A stretch of 64,000 bases of DNA from Takakia lepidozioides (lineage: Eukaryota; Plantae; Bryophyta): the NCBI GenBank assembly GCA_030704615.1, contig CM060732.1:29016001-29080000 (forward strand), written 5' to 3'. Made by a program: the position numbers and the translations under genes. Within the stretch, counting starts at the first letter, position 1, and each line of letters begins with the position of its first letter. A model generated the notes under the pieces. It worked only from the letters and a program-made list of their open reading frames with translations. It was not told the DNA's origin and did no database searches. Positions 13,001-25,291 of this stretch are shown piece after piece.

Positions 13001-14340
13001 TGGACTGTGATAGCTGTGTGAACACCTGTATTCTCCGCCTTGGTTATACACACTCGGCTTTATGACAAGTGCTCCATGCTCCATTGGTGTTACTGATGTA
13101 GTTTGTGTCTGCATCTGTGTTTCAAGATGCAAATCATGCAGTAATGGTTTATCATGAATACCACTGTATCCCTTCAACTTATTAGCATTGACTCTTCCAA
13201 GCATCTCCTTGTTAATGGTTTGTAACATGGCTGTGTCGTTATCATACATCTTCTGTATGACATAAGGTCCTTTCCATGGCGATTTAAGCTTAGAAGCTGT
13301 AATCTTTCCCTTTTTCTGCAACCACAGTACCAGATCACCCGTCTTTAAAGTCTTTAATTTACCTTCATCAAACTGACCCTTCTTCTTCATCTAAATTTTG
13401 GTCATGTTATCTGCTGCATCAGTCCGTACTTCTTCCATGTGATATAACTCATGTTTCCTTATTTTAATTGAATCCTCCAATTCCATTCTCTTTCCCCATT
13501 CAGTTCTTATGGTAGGTAATAAGAATTCCACTGGAAGTAAAGCTTCCATACCATAAACTAATTGGAATGGTGTATACTTGGTTGTGACTTTATATGATGT
13601 TTTGTATGACCACAAAGCTGTCAGTAGCTTTGTATCCCAATCTGTTCTGTTTGCATTGACTATCTTAGCCAAGATAGTGCATAATATTTTGTTGGTGGCC
13701 TCTGCCTGCCCATTACCCTGTGGGTAATAGGTTGTACTCTTCCTGTGCACAATCATGAACTCTTTAGTCAATAGTTCTATAGTCTCGTTAATGAAGTGAC
13801 TTCCCTGGTCACTGATAAATTCAGAGGACAGCCAAATCTTGTGAGTATGTTCTCATACATGAACCTTGTTGTGGACTTAGTTGTGTTGTCCCTCAAAGCC
13901 TTAGCTTCCATCCACTTTGTAGTATAATCTGTGGCTGTGATTATATACTTGTTATGTGTATTTCTGGCTGGTGGGTTAATTGGTCCAACAAAGTCTAGTC
14001 CCCATTTCTGAAATGGTTCAGTAGGCATCGTAGGATGCAAATCCATCTTCCCAGATCTCTGCAATGGTCCTAACCTCTGACACTCATCACAACTCTTGCA
14101 ATACTTGTGTACATCCTTGAACAAAGTAGGCCACCAGTAACCTGCAAGTAGTATCTTTCTACTGGTAGTCTCCTCTCCAAAATGACCTCCGGCCACTCCT
14201 TTATGAACTTCCTCCAACACTTTATTTACTTCATGGTGGTACAAGTATCGTTTAAGAACTCCATCAGGTCCTAGCTTATACATTCTGCCACCTATCATAG
14301 TGTAAGGTAAAGCTTTGATAGCTATTCTCTTCCTCTGCTC
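10050..14340 (-). mobile_element. Ty3/gypsy 3' portion: integrase plus long downstream extra coding region
   Basis: Integrase HHCC (H..VAGGHFG...CKSCDEC), core WGLDFVGP and PQGNGQAE, GPY module (PWKGPYVI). Downstream are a CCHC-like knuckle (12379-12690) and fragmented ORFs to ~10060 ending in a coiled coil. Confidence 0.85.
12880..13020 (-). repeat. 30-bp coding tandem repeat (YHSPPQCDTA-like) in the integrase C-terminal tail
   Basis: About 5 copies of TGTGACACTGTGGTGGGCTGTGATAAGCTG variants within ORF 12713-13390. Confidence 0.8.
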
Positions 14341-14681
14341 CTTCCCACGGTTATAGGTCGCCATTGCGTTTTCGGAGTCTGCAAACCCGGATCCTAATTC
14401 CGCTTCCGTCCCTTCCTCTGGGGTAATTTCGGTGCCGTTACTGGCCAGAATTCTATTTTTCTATGAGCGGTCCATGAGCTTGGGCTGCAAGTCATCAGCG
14501 GAGTGCTTCCAGCATGAGCGCGGAAATCTTCGAAAACCTTATCTTCTTATACTATTTTCGATTATTTTATCATTTTGGGCCCGAAAAAAATCTGCCGAAA
14601 TTCGAAGTGTGTTACTTGGCGGCTCATGGGTGAGCCATGCCCGCTCATGAACTCATGAGCTCATGGAATAGCAACCCCCCT
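14341..14681. mobile_element. DNA transposon terminal fragment related to the 2.6-2.83 kb end
   Basis: CATGAGC repeats and the terminal ...GGAATAGCAACCCCCC resemble the end at 2830. Confidence 0.45.
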
Positions 14682-15162
14682 TGTGGGCATGCTGGTGGTG
14701 CCGCAACCATGCTGGTGTGTTACGAATGCTCAAGGGGGTGACACATGGGATGCTTGACACCGCCACTTGAGGTGGTTCCTAGTGGAGAATGGTTGTGTCC
14801 ATGATGCCTTGGACAGAGGTAGTTGGGCATGATAGTGGTGAGGTTGACAAGTGATCCAAGGTCTAGCTAACGGGAGTTCAATGCCATGACACCCAGTTGA
14901 GGCCATGGATTGCAGGAAGGCGAGTAACAATGGGACTACTTTTGCACCCAACCTCTTGATCCATATACTTTAGAATTGGGACATGTGCGATTGAAGACCA
15001 AATGATGATCTTATTGAGATGGATACTTGTCAGTTATCTAGTGTTAGAGAGACCTAATTACCAGTTAGGGGGGTGATTGTGGCATAACTTTCTAGGATTG
15101 TGTGTTTAGAATGTATGGTGGACAGCGATGTATGTTGTGGCACGATGCTTAGGTGCACGACA
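14682..15162 (+). mobile_element. 3' end of a second PHD-gypsy element (PHD finger, PPT, 85-bp LTR)
   Basis: Translates CGHAGGAATMLVCYECSRG*HMGCLTPPLEVVPSGEWLCP*C, close to the PHD at 50715-50870. PPT AGGGGGGTGAT is followed by LTR TGTGGCA...CACGACA at 15078-15162. Confidence 0.85.
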
Positions 15163-15164
15163 GT

Positions 15165-15531
15165 TGTCATGGTTTTAGTCATGATTAACTAGAATTACCT
15201 ACTTCTAGTTAACTATGACATTTTGGATATTTATATTTGTATTTTGTGTGTTGGGACTTTATTTGGTCTCACATGCCAGGTGAGGTGTCAAACCTCACTT
15301 GGGACACGGGGATGGGTTTTCCCCTTGTGAGTGTTGAGGAGGGCTTATCTTCTTATAGTTGAGCCTCCATGAGCCTCTCTCACCTCCATAGCTCTAGGTA
15401 TTGAGAGGGAGTGTGTTGAGGGCTTTGTAGGGTGGATTCCCTTAGCAAGGGTGCCCTTGGCTTGTCTTAGTTTATGTGATTGAGTGGATTCATGAGTGGA
15501 GTGTTTCCATTGTGTTCATTTTCATTATCAT
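15165..15531 (+). mobile_element. 5' part of a long LTR (TGTCATGG family)
   Basis: Starts TGTCATGGTTTTAGTCATG. Matches the reverse-complement copy ending at 21047 and the copy starting at ~30572. Confidence 0.7.
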
Positions 15532-15616
15532 TGTGGCATAGCTTTCTAGGATTGTGTGCTTAGAATGTATGGTGGACAGCGATGTATGTTGTGGCACGAT
15601 GCTTAGGTGCACGACA
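15532..15616 (+). repeat. Second copy of the 85-bp LTR
   Basis: Near-identical to 15078-15162, with TG...CA ends. No PBS or matching TSD seen. Confidence 0.8.
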
Positions 15617-17960
15617 CTTACTTTGCAATGCATTCATCACAAATTGACAAGTTCCTCTTGATCTCCTTAGAACTCATAGCAAGCTAATGTGCCCAATGAC
15701 AAGCGCCAAGCCTTGCTTCAATTTGAATTTTGTATACCATATTCCATGTGCTTTCCCTTGCATGGGCTAGTCACACATACTTCCACCTCTTGACCTAGGT
15801 GTTGTCTTCATTCACCATAATGTGTATCCACACCTCTATTCAAGAGCTCATCTTCTCAAACTTGAAGTCACAAGCCCTAAAGAGCATGCTCCACATAAGC
15901 ATCACTTGTTTGATCAACCATCCATCACAAAACTTAAGCAAAAAAAGAATGAATACACGAGCTTCACCTTCCCCTTCCTTGTCTTGTCACATGCTAATGT
16001 ATGGTTGAAATTGTTATGCATGCCTTGAGCCACAATCTCTTTTCTTCATAAAGACCACCTCCAATAATCTCCCACATGTGCTCCAAGCTCTTCAATACTC
16101 TAGGCTTGGTTTCACATCATCGTGGATAGAATTCTCACCCACATGCTTCCCTTTGGAGTCATCTTGAGCTTCTTGATGCTCTCCAAGTGGTTGCTTTTGT
16201 TGTCTTTAAGCCCTAGCCTATGTAGCTCCTTGGCTTTTCTTCCACAACATGCACCACCTCATACACAAGGAATGAACTTGCTCATTTTACCTTCTAGCTC
16301 TCCTCAAGCTTGAATTGGAAGCCACACTTGGAAAGCGTGCTCCACACATACGTCACTTGCTTGGTCAACCATTATTTCACCAAGAGCAATCCAAGAACTC
16401 ATAGAACTAGCAAAATACTCCCTTCTAGCGCTTGCTTGTTTGTCAACCAAATGAAATCTCACTTGGCTTCATTTCACCATGGATAGAACAACCACTTCTT
16501 AGCTTCTCTTGAGCTACTCAATGCTCCTCAAGCTACCCTTGTTGTCATCCTTCTATGGTGTTTCCAACCCAATCATGTGCCGCTCTTTGGCTTCTCTTTC
16601 ACATCATGAACAACTAGAGCTTGCTCTTGAAACCCGAGTGTCTATCTTCTCCACACACAAGACGCTTATCTTGTGATGCAAGAGTTTTTTTCTAAGCTCT
16701 CCATCTCTATAGAGCAAAATAATGCTTCTCAAACCCTAACGTTCTCCACGCCACAAGGATTTTTCAACACCTGCAACACCTTGCAACACAAGAGCTCTCT
16801 ACCAAGCTCTCTCCAACACAAAAGTACTAACATTACAACAGATGAGCGTTTTTATGACTGCACATATGACTATTTTTTCAGTCCTATATGCGTTCATGAC
16901 TATATCACTCTGCAGTGAAAAAAGCCCTGTCATAGCGACTAGTCTTTAGGACTGCGTTTTGCAAGTCATAGCCGTGACTGCGTGCGTATAACCTGGAGTC
17001 ATGCTGTAGAGAGGATGTAGTCACAACTATATGATTTATATATGACTAACTATATTACTACATGTCTACAAAGTATAACTCCATTGGAGAGGCGTCAGAG
17101 AGACATATGTAGCACTCCGGATGTGACACGTGTCCACATGGACAACATATATAACCCACACGTGGGAAAGAATATCGTATCATATAATGCCACGTTGCCA
17201 TGATGTAGTCATGAGTATATAACTTCATGACTAAAGAGGTTTTTTAATAATATTTTAATTTAATAAATTAAATCGTAAATATTTAGATTATTAATTGATT
17301 TAAATTCTCATTAGGTATCTAGGAAAATAGAATGGAAGCCATTGTTGTCTTTATTATTATTATTTATATTTTTGTTAACAAAGAGGGACAGTGGGGGACA
17401 GTGGCCTCTAGAACTTTATAGGTAATGGACATAAAATGTCCTTGGATACAAAGAGGAAAAATAACCTCTGGATAGAGTGCCATAGAGGCTGAAAGAGGAA
17501 GACATAGCTTCGCGTACCAAGACAAGAAAGAGTAGTAAGAAGGAAGGCAAGCAAAGAAGGGGGTCTGCATAGAGCTAAAGAGTCTAGCAGGAAAAGAGAC
17601 TGCAGCCAGAAACTACTGCCATAACTTGGAAACAGAAAGGCACCGAGCTAAGGATAAGAACTGAAAATCAGCTAACAATGTCATAAGAAAGCTGGGCCCT
17701 AGGCCTAGCCTTCCACTTCCTATAAGATCTACAGATGGAGAGACATCCCTGCAGGGGTCGTGCTCTTCAGCTCAAGACCAACCAATTGATCATCTATCCA
17801 TGCAGGTTTCTTGTAGCTATCCTTCCACATGGAATCATATGTAATCTGGAGATTGAAATCCGGCCCTCTTGGATGAATCTGGACCCATGCACTTTATCCC
17901 TGCTCCTTCAGCTATCCATGCCTCTGCACAAATCATGTATATATGTATCATGTATCAGAG

Positions 17961-17963
<3 letters not shown>

Positions 17964-18000
<37 letters not shown>
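17964..18000. repeat. (GA)n microsatellite
   Basis: Direct GA run. Confidence 0.95.
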
Positions 18001-18002
<2 letters not shown>

Positions 18003-19769
18003 TCATTACCATGTCACATTCCCAATTTCTGGGGGGAGCTTAAGAATACAGTTCGTAATAAAAAAAGCCCTTTAAAAATACTGGCTTGGTAATTCTTGGG
18101 TTCAAATAGCTTAAACAAGTATGTTGTAAGCTCAACAGGTCTTTGAGAAAACCATTCCAGCAGGCCTAAGAGTGAGAGCTTTGATAAAAACAATTCCTAT
18201 TACAGCTTTAAAGGACTTGTATGTTCCTAAAAGCACAAGCTGAACTGATTGTACTTCCATAAGTAGATGCAGGGCTATGGTATGTATCCCAGGGCCATAT
18301 CCAGTCACTCTGCCAAGTTTTAGAGAGATCCTCAAAAATACTAGTCTGTAATCAGGTTATAATCTCCATGGGGGAGCCTGAAAGAATGTATGTGTTCTTA
18401 AAAAGGCTTACCCAATGCCTTACTTAATACATTCTAAACTGGTGAGGCATAAACAGCACTGTCTGACTCTCCAAAAGGCCAGAAAACAGGTCTGGAAAAA
18501 TGCATCCAATGTCACACTTGCATCACCAAACCCTTGTCATCACAACCAGCCCGAACCTTCACAATAAGGTCTGATTTCTAGGAGGCCCAGCCCATTTACT
18601 TCCCTGACTTAATAGATTTGGTTACCAAGAACCAGAAATCAAAGTAAAGGTTTAAGGCATATCCCCCTTGAAGCAGCTTTGAAGCAGAAAATTGCAACAA
18701 CGGCAGCTTGCAGCATATCCTATCTCTCTTGCAGTAACCAGATCATCTGCAAGCCAAAGAGTTCATGCCAAGTGAAATCCCTCACCTGCGCCCGTCCCAA
18801 AAACAAACAAACAAAAAAGTTTTGTGCGTTAGTGAGGATGCGCGAGGTGAATTACAAGATTTCACAGTTGCTATCCATGTCAGGTATGAGCCATAAAGCA
18901 TGCAAAGATCACAGAACCAGCAGAAGAAAGCATAGATGTGACACCACAAAGAACCTCAATCTTTCGTGGAGTAGGACGCTGCAGTGTTCATCATCTGAAT
19001 TTGAACGAGCACAACAGAATGCAGAATGCAACGGGAGGAGAGTTGAGGACAGGTTGTATCTTGTAATACAGGCCGCTTCCCCACCTCCATAACCGCCGCT
19101 GCTTCATCAATGAGGAAAAAACGTAGGCAAACATAACAGTATGTCATTTGCCATCGCGGGAGATGAAAATGTCTGCCGTCATCGCGCGTTCAAAAAACAA
19201 GAACACACCCGTTCGGATCTTGCTGCTCGGGCATTCAGCCGCCATCGAGCATTTGTCCGCCATCGCCCTCTTCCAGAGAAAAAAAACACGCATGATATCG
19301 TGCTGTGTCTAGGGCAGAGAGACACTTGAAGGAAAACCACCCGCGATTTCATCACCATCCAGTATGGATGGTATCAGACCAGGATGAAAAATGGGCATTC
19401 AATAGGTTTAAATCAAAGGAGCATAAACCTAAAATGCATTGAAATGCATATCTGCCTGTAAATCATCCAGTTATGGTTATAACAGAAATTTCATTCAGTA
19501 TGGATGAAACCTTAAAAACCCTCTTGGATGAACCTGGACCTCTATCCCTGGTCCTTTGTATCTGTAGTCAGGTAATGTTGGATTGGTATGTGAGATCGAA
19601 CCACCACGGTGCAGCTGAGCAGGCAGAGATTGAAACACGGCCTGCTAAGACCAAGCTGACTCTCCCAAGAACGGTGAGCGTCTCCTCGTCTCGTCTCTCT
19701 CCCAAAAACGGCGAGCTCACAAGAATGTTGGGATCTTCTCCTCGTCTCCTCTCCTCCTCCTCTTCTCCT

Positions 19770-19880
19770 TCCTGCATCATTTGCTCAAGAGTAGGAAGGT
19801 CTGCAAAGCCTCCATCCCACGCCCCTGCATATCCTACGATCATCGCATTCCATGACACAACATCAAATAGATGGTGAAAC
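19770..19880 (-). pseudogene. PLS-class PPR motif fragment inside the CACTA element
   Basis: LFDVVSWNAMIVGYA...LEQMMQEG matches the plant PLS PPR consensus DVVSWNAMI.GYA. Confidence 0.6.
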
Positions 19881-22129
19881 ACAGGAGACAAAAAAGCCTA
19901 AGTCCCAGCCCGGTGTAAAGTTCGGCGGTGTAATCTTAAACCGTTAGATCTTAAACAATCTAGACCGTTAGATCCTGTAAAATCTAACGATTCAAAATAA
20001 TTTCCATCACATGATCTAACCTTGTACAACAACGTATTTTAATCTCATATATCTTGCGATCCTTGTTAAGCCACGTCCATCCAGGTCCAATTTATTGAAT
20101 AGATATCAAATCGACACACCGTATAGGCGGATGGATGAACCCATCCATTGAATGAATTCATTAATGTATATGCCTTTTAAATGACATGTGTAGTGATGTA
20201 GTCATATATATAGAGTTATGAAACAATTTGCAGTAAGGGACTCATAAGTTTACATGCCATGTCATCGATGGATAAACTCATCCAATGGATGAATACATTC
20301 ATGTATGTGCTTTCAAAATGACACGTGTAGGGATGTAGTCGTATAAATAGAGCTGTAAAACCATCTTCAGTCATGGAGTCACAAGATTCCATGAAACGTC
20401 GTCCATGTCTAGTCAAACATATCACACTAGTCATAAAACCATCCTTGTCATCATGGTCAACAATGTTTGACCAATGCTCCCTAATTTTCCGGAGTCATGT
20501 AGTGATATCCATTACTATAAAGTGATAAAACTATGACTGCAACGCATTTCAGCGCTCTGTAGTCGTGTACCTAGTGCCGTTTTTATGACTCCGCCAAATC
20601 CGTAGTCCTAAAAACACTCATATCTTGTAGTGTAAACTAACCCTTACACTCCGCACTCACAAGCATAAAAAGATCTTCTTGTGATGATAATGAAAGTGAA
20701 CACAATGGAAACACTTCACTCATGAACCACTCAATCACATAAACTAAGTCAAGCCAAGGGCACCTTTGCTAAGGAAATCCACCCTACAAAGTCCTCACCA
20801 CTCCCTCTCAATACCTAGAGCTATGGAGGTGGGAGAGGCTCATGGAGGCTCAACTACAAGAAGATGAGCCCTCCTCGACCCTCACAAGGGGAAAACCCAT
20901 CCCCATGTTCCAAGTGAGGCTTGACACCTCACTTGGCATGTGAGACCAAATGAAGTCCTGACACACAAAATACAAATATAAATATCCAAAATGTCCTAAT
21001 TAACTAGAATTAGGTAATTCTAGTTAACCATGACTAAAACCATGACAATATTAACGTTCTTGTTTTATTCCAACAGTCACTTAGTGATGAGGTTGTTATC
21101 CTAAGCTTCAGTAATCTCTGGATGACTTGGGCTTGTATCTGGACAGCTAGTTGTATGAGGACATGTGTCTTGATGATTAGCCATTTGGCATTCTTATTTA
21201 AACAAGGGCTTTGGGCCCTGGAGCGGTGGTGGATTAGTATACTAGTGTGGTGTAGACTTCGACCGTCTTCTTGGCAAAGCCCGCTTTATAGATTATATTC
21301 CTACGTTTCTAAGCTAAACCGGTAGCGGAAGGGGAATAAAACCCCGACGTCGGAATACCGTCCTTGGACAACCGTTTAGGCGATAACTAACTCAAAATGA
21401 AAGTGCATAACGCATTCTAGGAATTTTTCAGATTTTGGCCTAATTGTTCGGAAAATACCCAATCTTCACGACATGACCAAAGAAGTGATCATGTTTTTTA
21501 TTCATCCATATCCACTCACCCGGATCGAATTGAAGCAACCTAATGGGGGCAGAGATGAACCAAATGAAGCTATACTAATTATGATGCTGAATTTGAACAG
21601 GAGGGCAAAGGTTAGACTTCCCAGAGCGGGAGCAGAAAACCCTGATTGTGAAAAGTTGGGTGTTCAGAGGCAGAGAGAGACAAGAGGGATCAAAGAGGGC
21701 CCCTCCCTGTCAGACTTTAAAGCAAATCCCAGATAGACTATGCGGTTGGGCAGAGTGCGCGTAGAAAGCCATCTGAATCGAATTCTCAGAGTAGCCCAGC
21801 CAGAGAGGAAACTTGACACTGTAGTACTACGCACATGAGGGGGCGGGCAGGGCTGATCACTGAGCGGATCAGCCCTGTGGGACCCAGCGGATGTGGGGGC
21901 GGATATCTGCCGTGACCACGCACATGGGCAGATGAAATCCCACGATTCATCCGCTGGGTCAACTTGGGCAAGAATTCGCCGTAGATAACTCGGTTGTCTC
22001 TCTCTTCTCGACGCCACACACGCCAGTACTCCTCGTAGTGAAAGCTTTACATGAGGGAGCGTTAAACCAGGTCTAAACCAATATCACAGAGCTGGGAATC
22101 AAAGTGAGCTTTCCAACAAGCTATTACAC

Positions 22130-23700
22130 ACTGAAGCAACATGCAATCAGAAGATCCTACATGTCAAAATGTGATAGAAGGTCACATTTCCAAGGAAAAC
22201 AAGTGCTTCAAGTTGGACCTCAGTTTTCTGGCCATAACTTCTTGTGCTCTTATTCAATTGAGGTGAAACAAAATCTCAGAGCTGTAGAATCAAGGAATAT
22301 TTCCAAAATGATATTACAATCTCATATAGCCTGAATTCACAACATCCCACAAGCCCAAATGTGAGAGGAGGTCACATTTTCAAGGAAAACCAAAGTACAT
22401 CAAGGTGGGCCTCGGTGTTCTGGGCATAACTTCTTGTGGTCTTATTCAATTGTGGTGAAACAAAATCTCAGAGCTTTGAAATCAAGCCCTATTTCCAAAA
22501 TAATATTACAATCTCATATAGCATGAATTCACAGCATTCTACAAGCCCAAATGTTAGAGGAGGTCACATTTTCTAGGAAAATGCAGAGTACATCAAGCTG
22601 GGTCTCGGTTTTTTGGGAATAACTTCTTGTGGTCCTGTTCAATTGAGGTGAAACAAAATCTCAGAGCTGGAAAATCAAGTCAGTTTTCCAAAATGATATT
22701 AAAAATCCTTTCTTCATAATATCTCAACATTTTACAAGCCCAAAGGTGGATGCAGGTCACAGCATGAAGAAAATCAAAGTACTTCAAGCTGCACCTCAGT
22801 ATTCTGAGCATAATGTCTTGTAGTCTTACTCAATTCAGGTGAAAAAAAATCCCAGAGGTGCATAATCAAGGCAGCTTTCTGAAATGATATCACACCTCAT
22901 ACTGCATAAAATCTCAACATTTTACAAGGCCACAGGTCCCAGGATGAAGAAAATCATAGCACTTCAAGCTGCACCTCCGATTTTTGGGAATTACTTCTTG
23001 TGGTCTTACTCAATTCAAGTGAAACAACATCTGAGAGGTGTATAATCACAGCAGCTTTCTGAAATTATATCATACACCCATATTGCATAAAATCTCAACA
23101 GTTTACAAGGCCACAGATCCCAGTATGAAAAAAAAATCAAAGCACTTCAAGCTACACCTCGGTTTTTGGGAATGATTGATGTGAAACAACATCCCAGAGT
23201 TGGAGAATGAAGCCAGATTTCCAACACGGTATCACACACACTTACTTACTACATAAAATCTCAACATTCTACAAGCCGCCATGTCAATGCATGTCACAAT
23301 ATGAAGAAAACCAGAGTACTTCAAGCTGCACCTCGGTTTTCTGGGCATAGCTTCTTGTATTCTTACTCAATTGAGGTGAAACAACTTCCCTGAGCTAGGG
23401 AGTTCAGCTACCTTTCCAAGAAGCCATCACACAAACTGCATAAAATCTCAACATTCTACAAGCCCAAATATGAATGCAGGTTGTTGTATGAAGAAAAACA
23501 AAGTACTTAAAGACCCACCTCGGTTTTTTGGGCATAACTTCTTGTGTTCTTACTCAATTGAAATGAAACAACATCCCTGAGCTGGGGAGTCCAGCTACCT
23601 TTCCAACAAACCATCGCACACCCAACTGCATAAATTCTCAACATTTCACAAGCCCAAATGTGAATGCAGGTTGTTGTATGAAGAAAAATAAAATACATGA
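22130..23700. repeat. ~190-bp degenerate tandem repeat, about 8 copies
   Basis: Recurring AGGTCACATTT...CATAACTTCTTGTG...TCAATTGAGGTGAAACAA...TTTCCAA...ACAAGCCCAAA near 22179, 22370, 22561, 22753 and onward. Confidence 0.85.
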
Positions 23701-24703
23701 AAAGTAACCCTAACATGGATTCCCTCTCCATGATTAAGGTAGGGAAGCTTCCCTGTCGTGTACTTCGTGCATTTCCGTACTGTTGAGTATGATGTGCGCA
23801 CGGCAAAGATCAAGCTGACATTTGTTTTAACATGAAAAATCACTTTTGGTTTTCATCTGAAAGGTTATTTTTTTCCATCTACTTTTATCCGGCGGATCAG
23901 CTTGGAGGCTGAGCAAATCGCGCTGGGTGAATATCGCTATCAGCGCGGGGAAGGAGGGCGGATCAGCCCACTTTTCCAACGGATCAGCCCCGTTTTTCGG
24001 TCATGTGCGCAAGACTTGTGAGGCTGGGATACAAGGTGAGACCACCACAGAAGCAGGTTCCGATAACCGTGTCCCAACCCAAAGTGACTCTCCCGGTGGT
24101 AAGACCATTATGCGCCGCTGCAGCAGGGGAGATCAGGGTCTCAGCCACTTCATCCCAGAAGTGAAGTAAATGAGAGAACCCCACGGACGCGAAAGGTGAT
24201 TCCGAAGAGAGCACCAAGCGGTCCAAATAGATCGCCAAGCTTGGTATCCACCAGCAGATTTGTGGTTGGAGGTGCCATATTGAATTTATTTTCAAGATAA
24301 CAATTCATTTTCAGCCTTGTCTTTGTGCTATGTCTAGTTTGATCACAATCTTGTGGGAGCACAAATAAAGATTGCTATGCATTCAAACTTGCATTGGGTT
24401 TCCGGATTGGACTTGCACAAACCATCTTCACCACTGGTATCATCCCCTGTTTGGTTCGTCCACAATTTCCACTTGTTTCTTGATACAAACTCTTGCCTAA
24501 CGTATTTGGAGTGCAATGACCCAATCTATAGCCTCACATCTCCCTGAGTGCACCTCAACTCTCTTTAACGCTGCCAAGTTGAGTTGTAATGAAACTTCTC
24601 TATGCAGCATGGTCGCACATCTTGACCAGCCATTGTTGTCACAATCTTCACCAAGATCTGAAGTGTGGTCTCTTATTTAGTTCACAGTACTTAAATGAAG
24701 GAC

Positions 24704-25291
24704 CAACTAGTGATCAAGTTATGGTGGCCTCATGAGCTCTGAATTTTCTTAAGGGGTTGTGGTCTAGCCCCGAACGGATCTGCACTTGTTGTTCACGTTT
24801 TCGGATGTTCAGGTACTCAGATGGGCCTATCTCCTTGCCAATTGCTCCAATTGTGGTGTGCTATGGCTTGAAACATTTCTTACAACTAGTGTGATCAAGT
24901 TATGGTGGCCTCATGAGCTCTGAATTTTCTTAAGGGGTTGTGGTCTGGCCCCGAACGGATCTGCACTTGTTGTTCACGTTTTCGGACGTTCAGATACTCA
25001 GATGGGCCTATCTCCTTGCCAATTGCTCCAATTGTGGTGTGCTATGGCTTGGAACGTTTCTTACAACTAGTGTGATCAAGTTATGGTGGCCTCATGAGCT
25101 CTGAATTTTCTCAAGGGGTTGTGGTCTGGCCCCGAACGGATCTGCACTTGTTGTTCACGTTTTCGGACGTTCAGGTACTCAGATGGGCCTATCTCCTTGC
25201 CAATTGCTCCAATTGTGGTGTGCTATGGCTTGGAACATTTCTTACAACTAGTGCGATCAAGTTATGGTGGCCTCATGAGCTCTGAATTTTC
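24704..25291. repeat. 181-bp near-identical tandem repeat, ~3.2 copies
   Basis: CAACTAGTG...GATCAAGTTATGGTGGCCTCATGAGCTCTGAATTTTCT recurs at ~24704, 24883, 25064 and 25245. Confidence 0.95.

Larger units (their letters stand above)
16831..20632. mobile_element. Non-autonomous CACTA (En/Spm) element, 3.8 kb, carrying gene fragments
   Basis: Left TIR CATTACAACAGATGAGCGTTTTTATGACT; right TIR (reverse complement) CACTACAAGATATGAGTGTTTTTAGGACT. 3-bp TSD TAA at 16828-16830 and 20633-20635. ATGACT/GTAGTC subterminal repeats. No transposase seen. Confidence 0.9.
15620..21047 (-). mobile_element. Long LTR (TGTCATGG family) split by a CACTA insertion
   Basis: 20636-21047 is the reverse complement of 15165-15530. 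The region 15.8-16.4 kb matches the reverse complement of 30.9-31.4 kb. Confidence 0.65.

Noticed and set aside
15078-15616. LTR-LTR circle junction of a single family (CA-gt-TG at 15161-15166)
   Set aside because: The 85-bp unit follows a PPT and matches the DNMT/PHD gypsy LTR, a different family from the TGTCATGG LTR.
19365-19385. TGGTATCAGA, similar to a tRNA-Met primer binding site
   Set aside because: No adjacent LTR end or gag; it lies inside the CACTA element.
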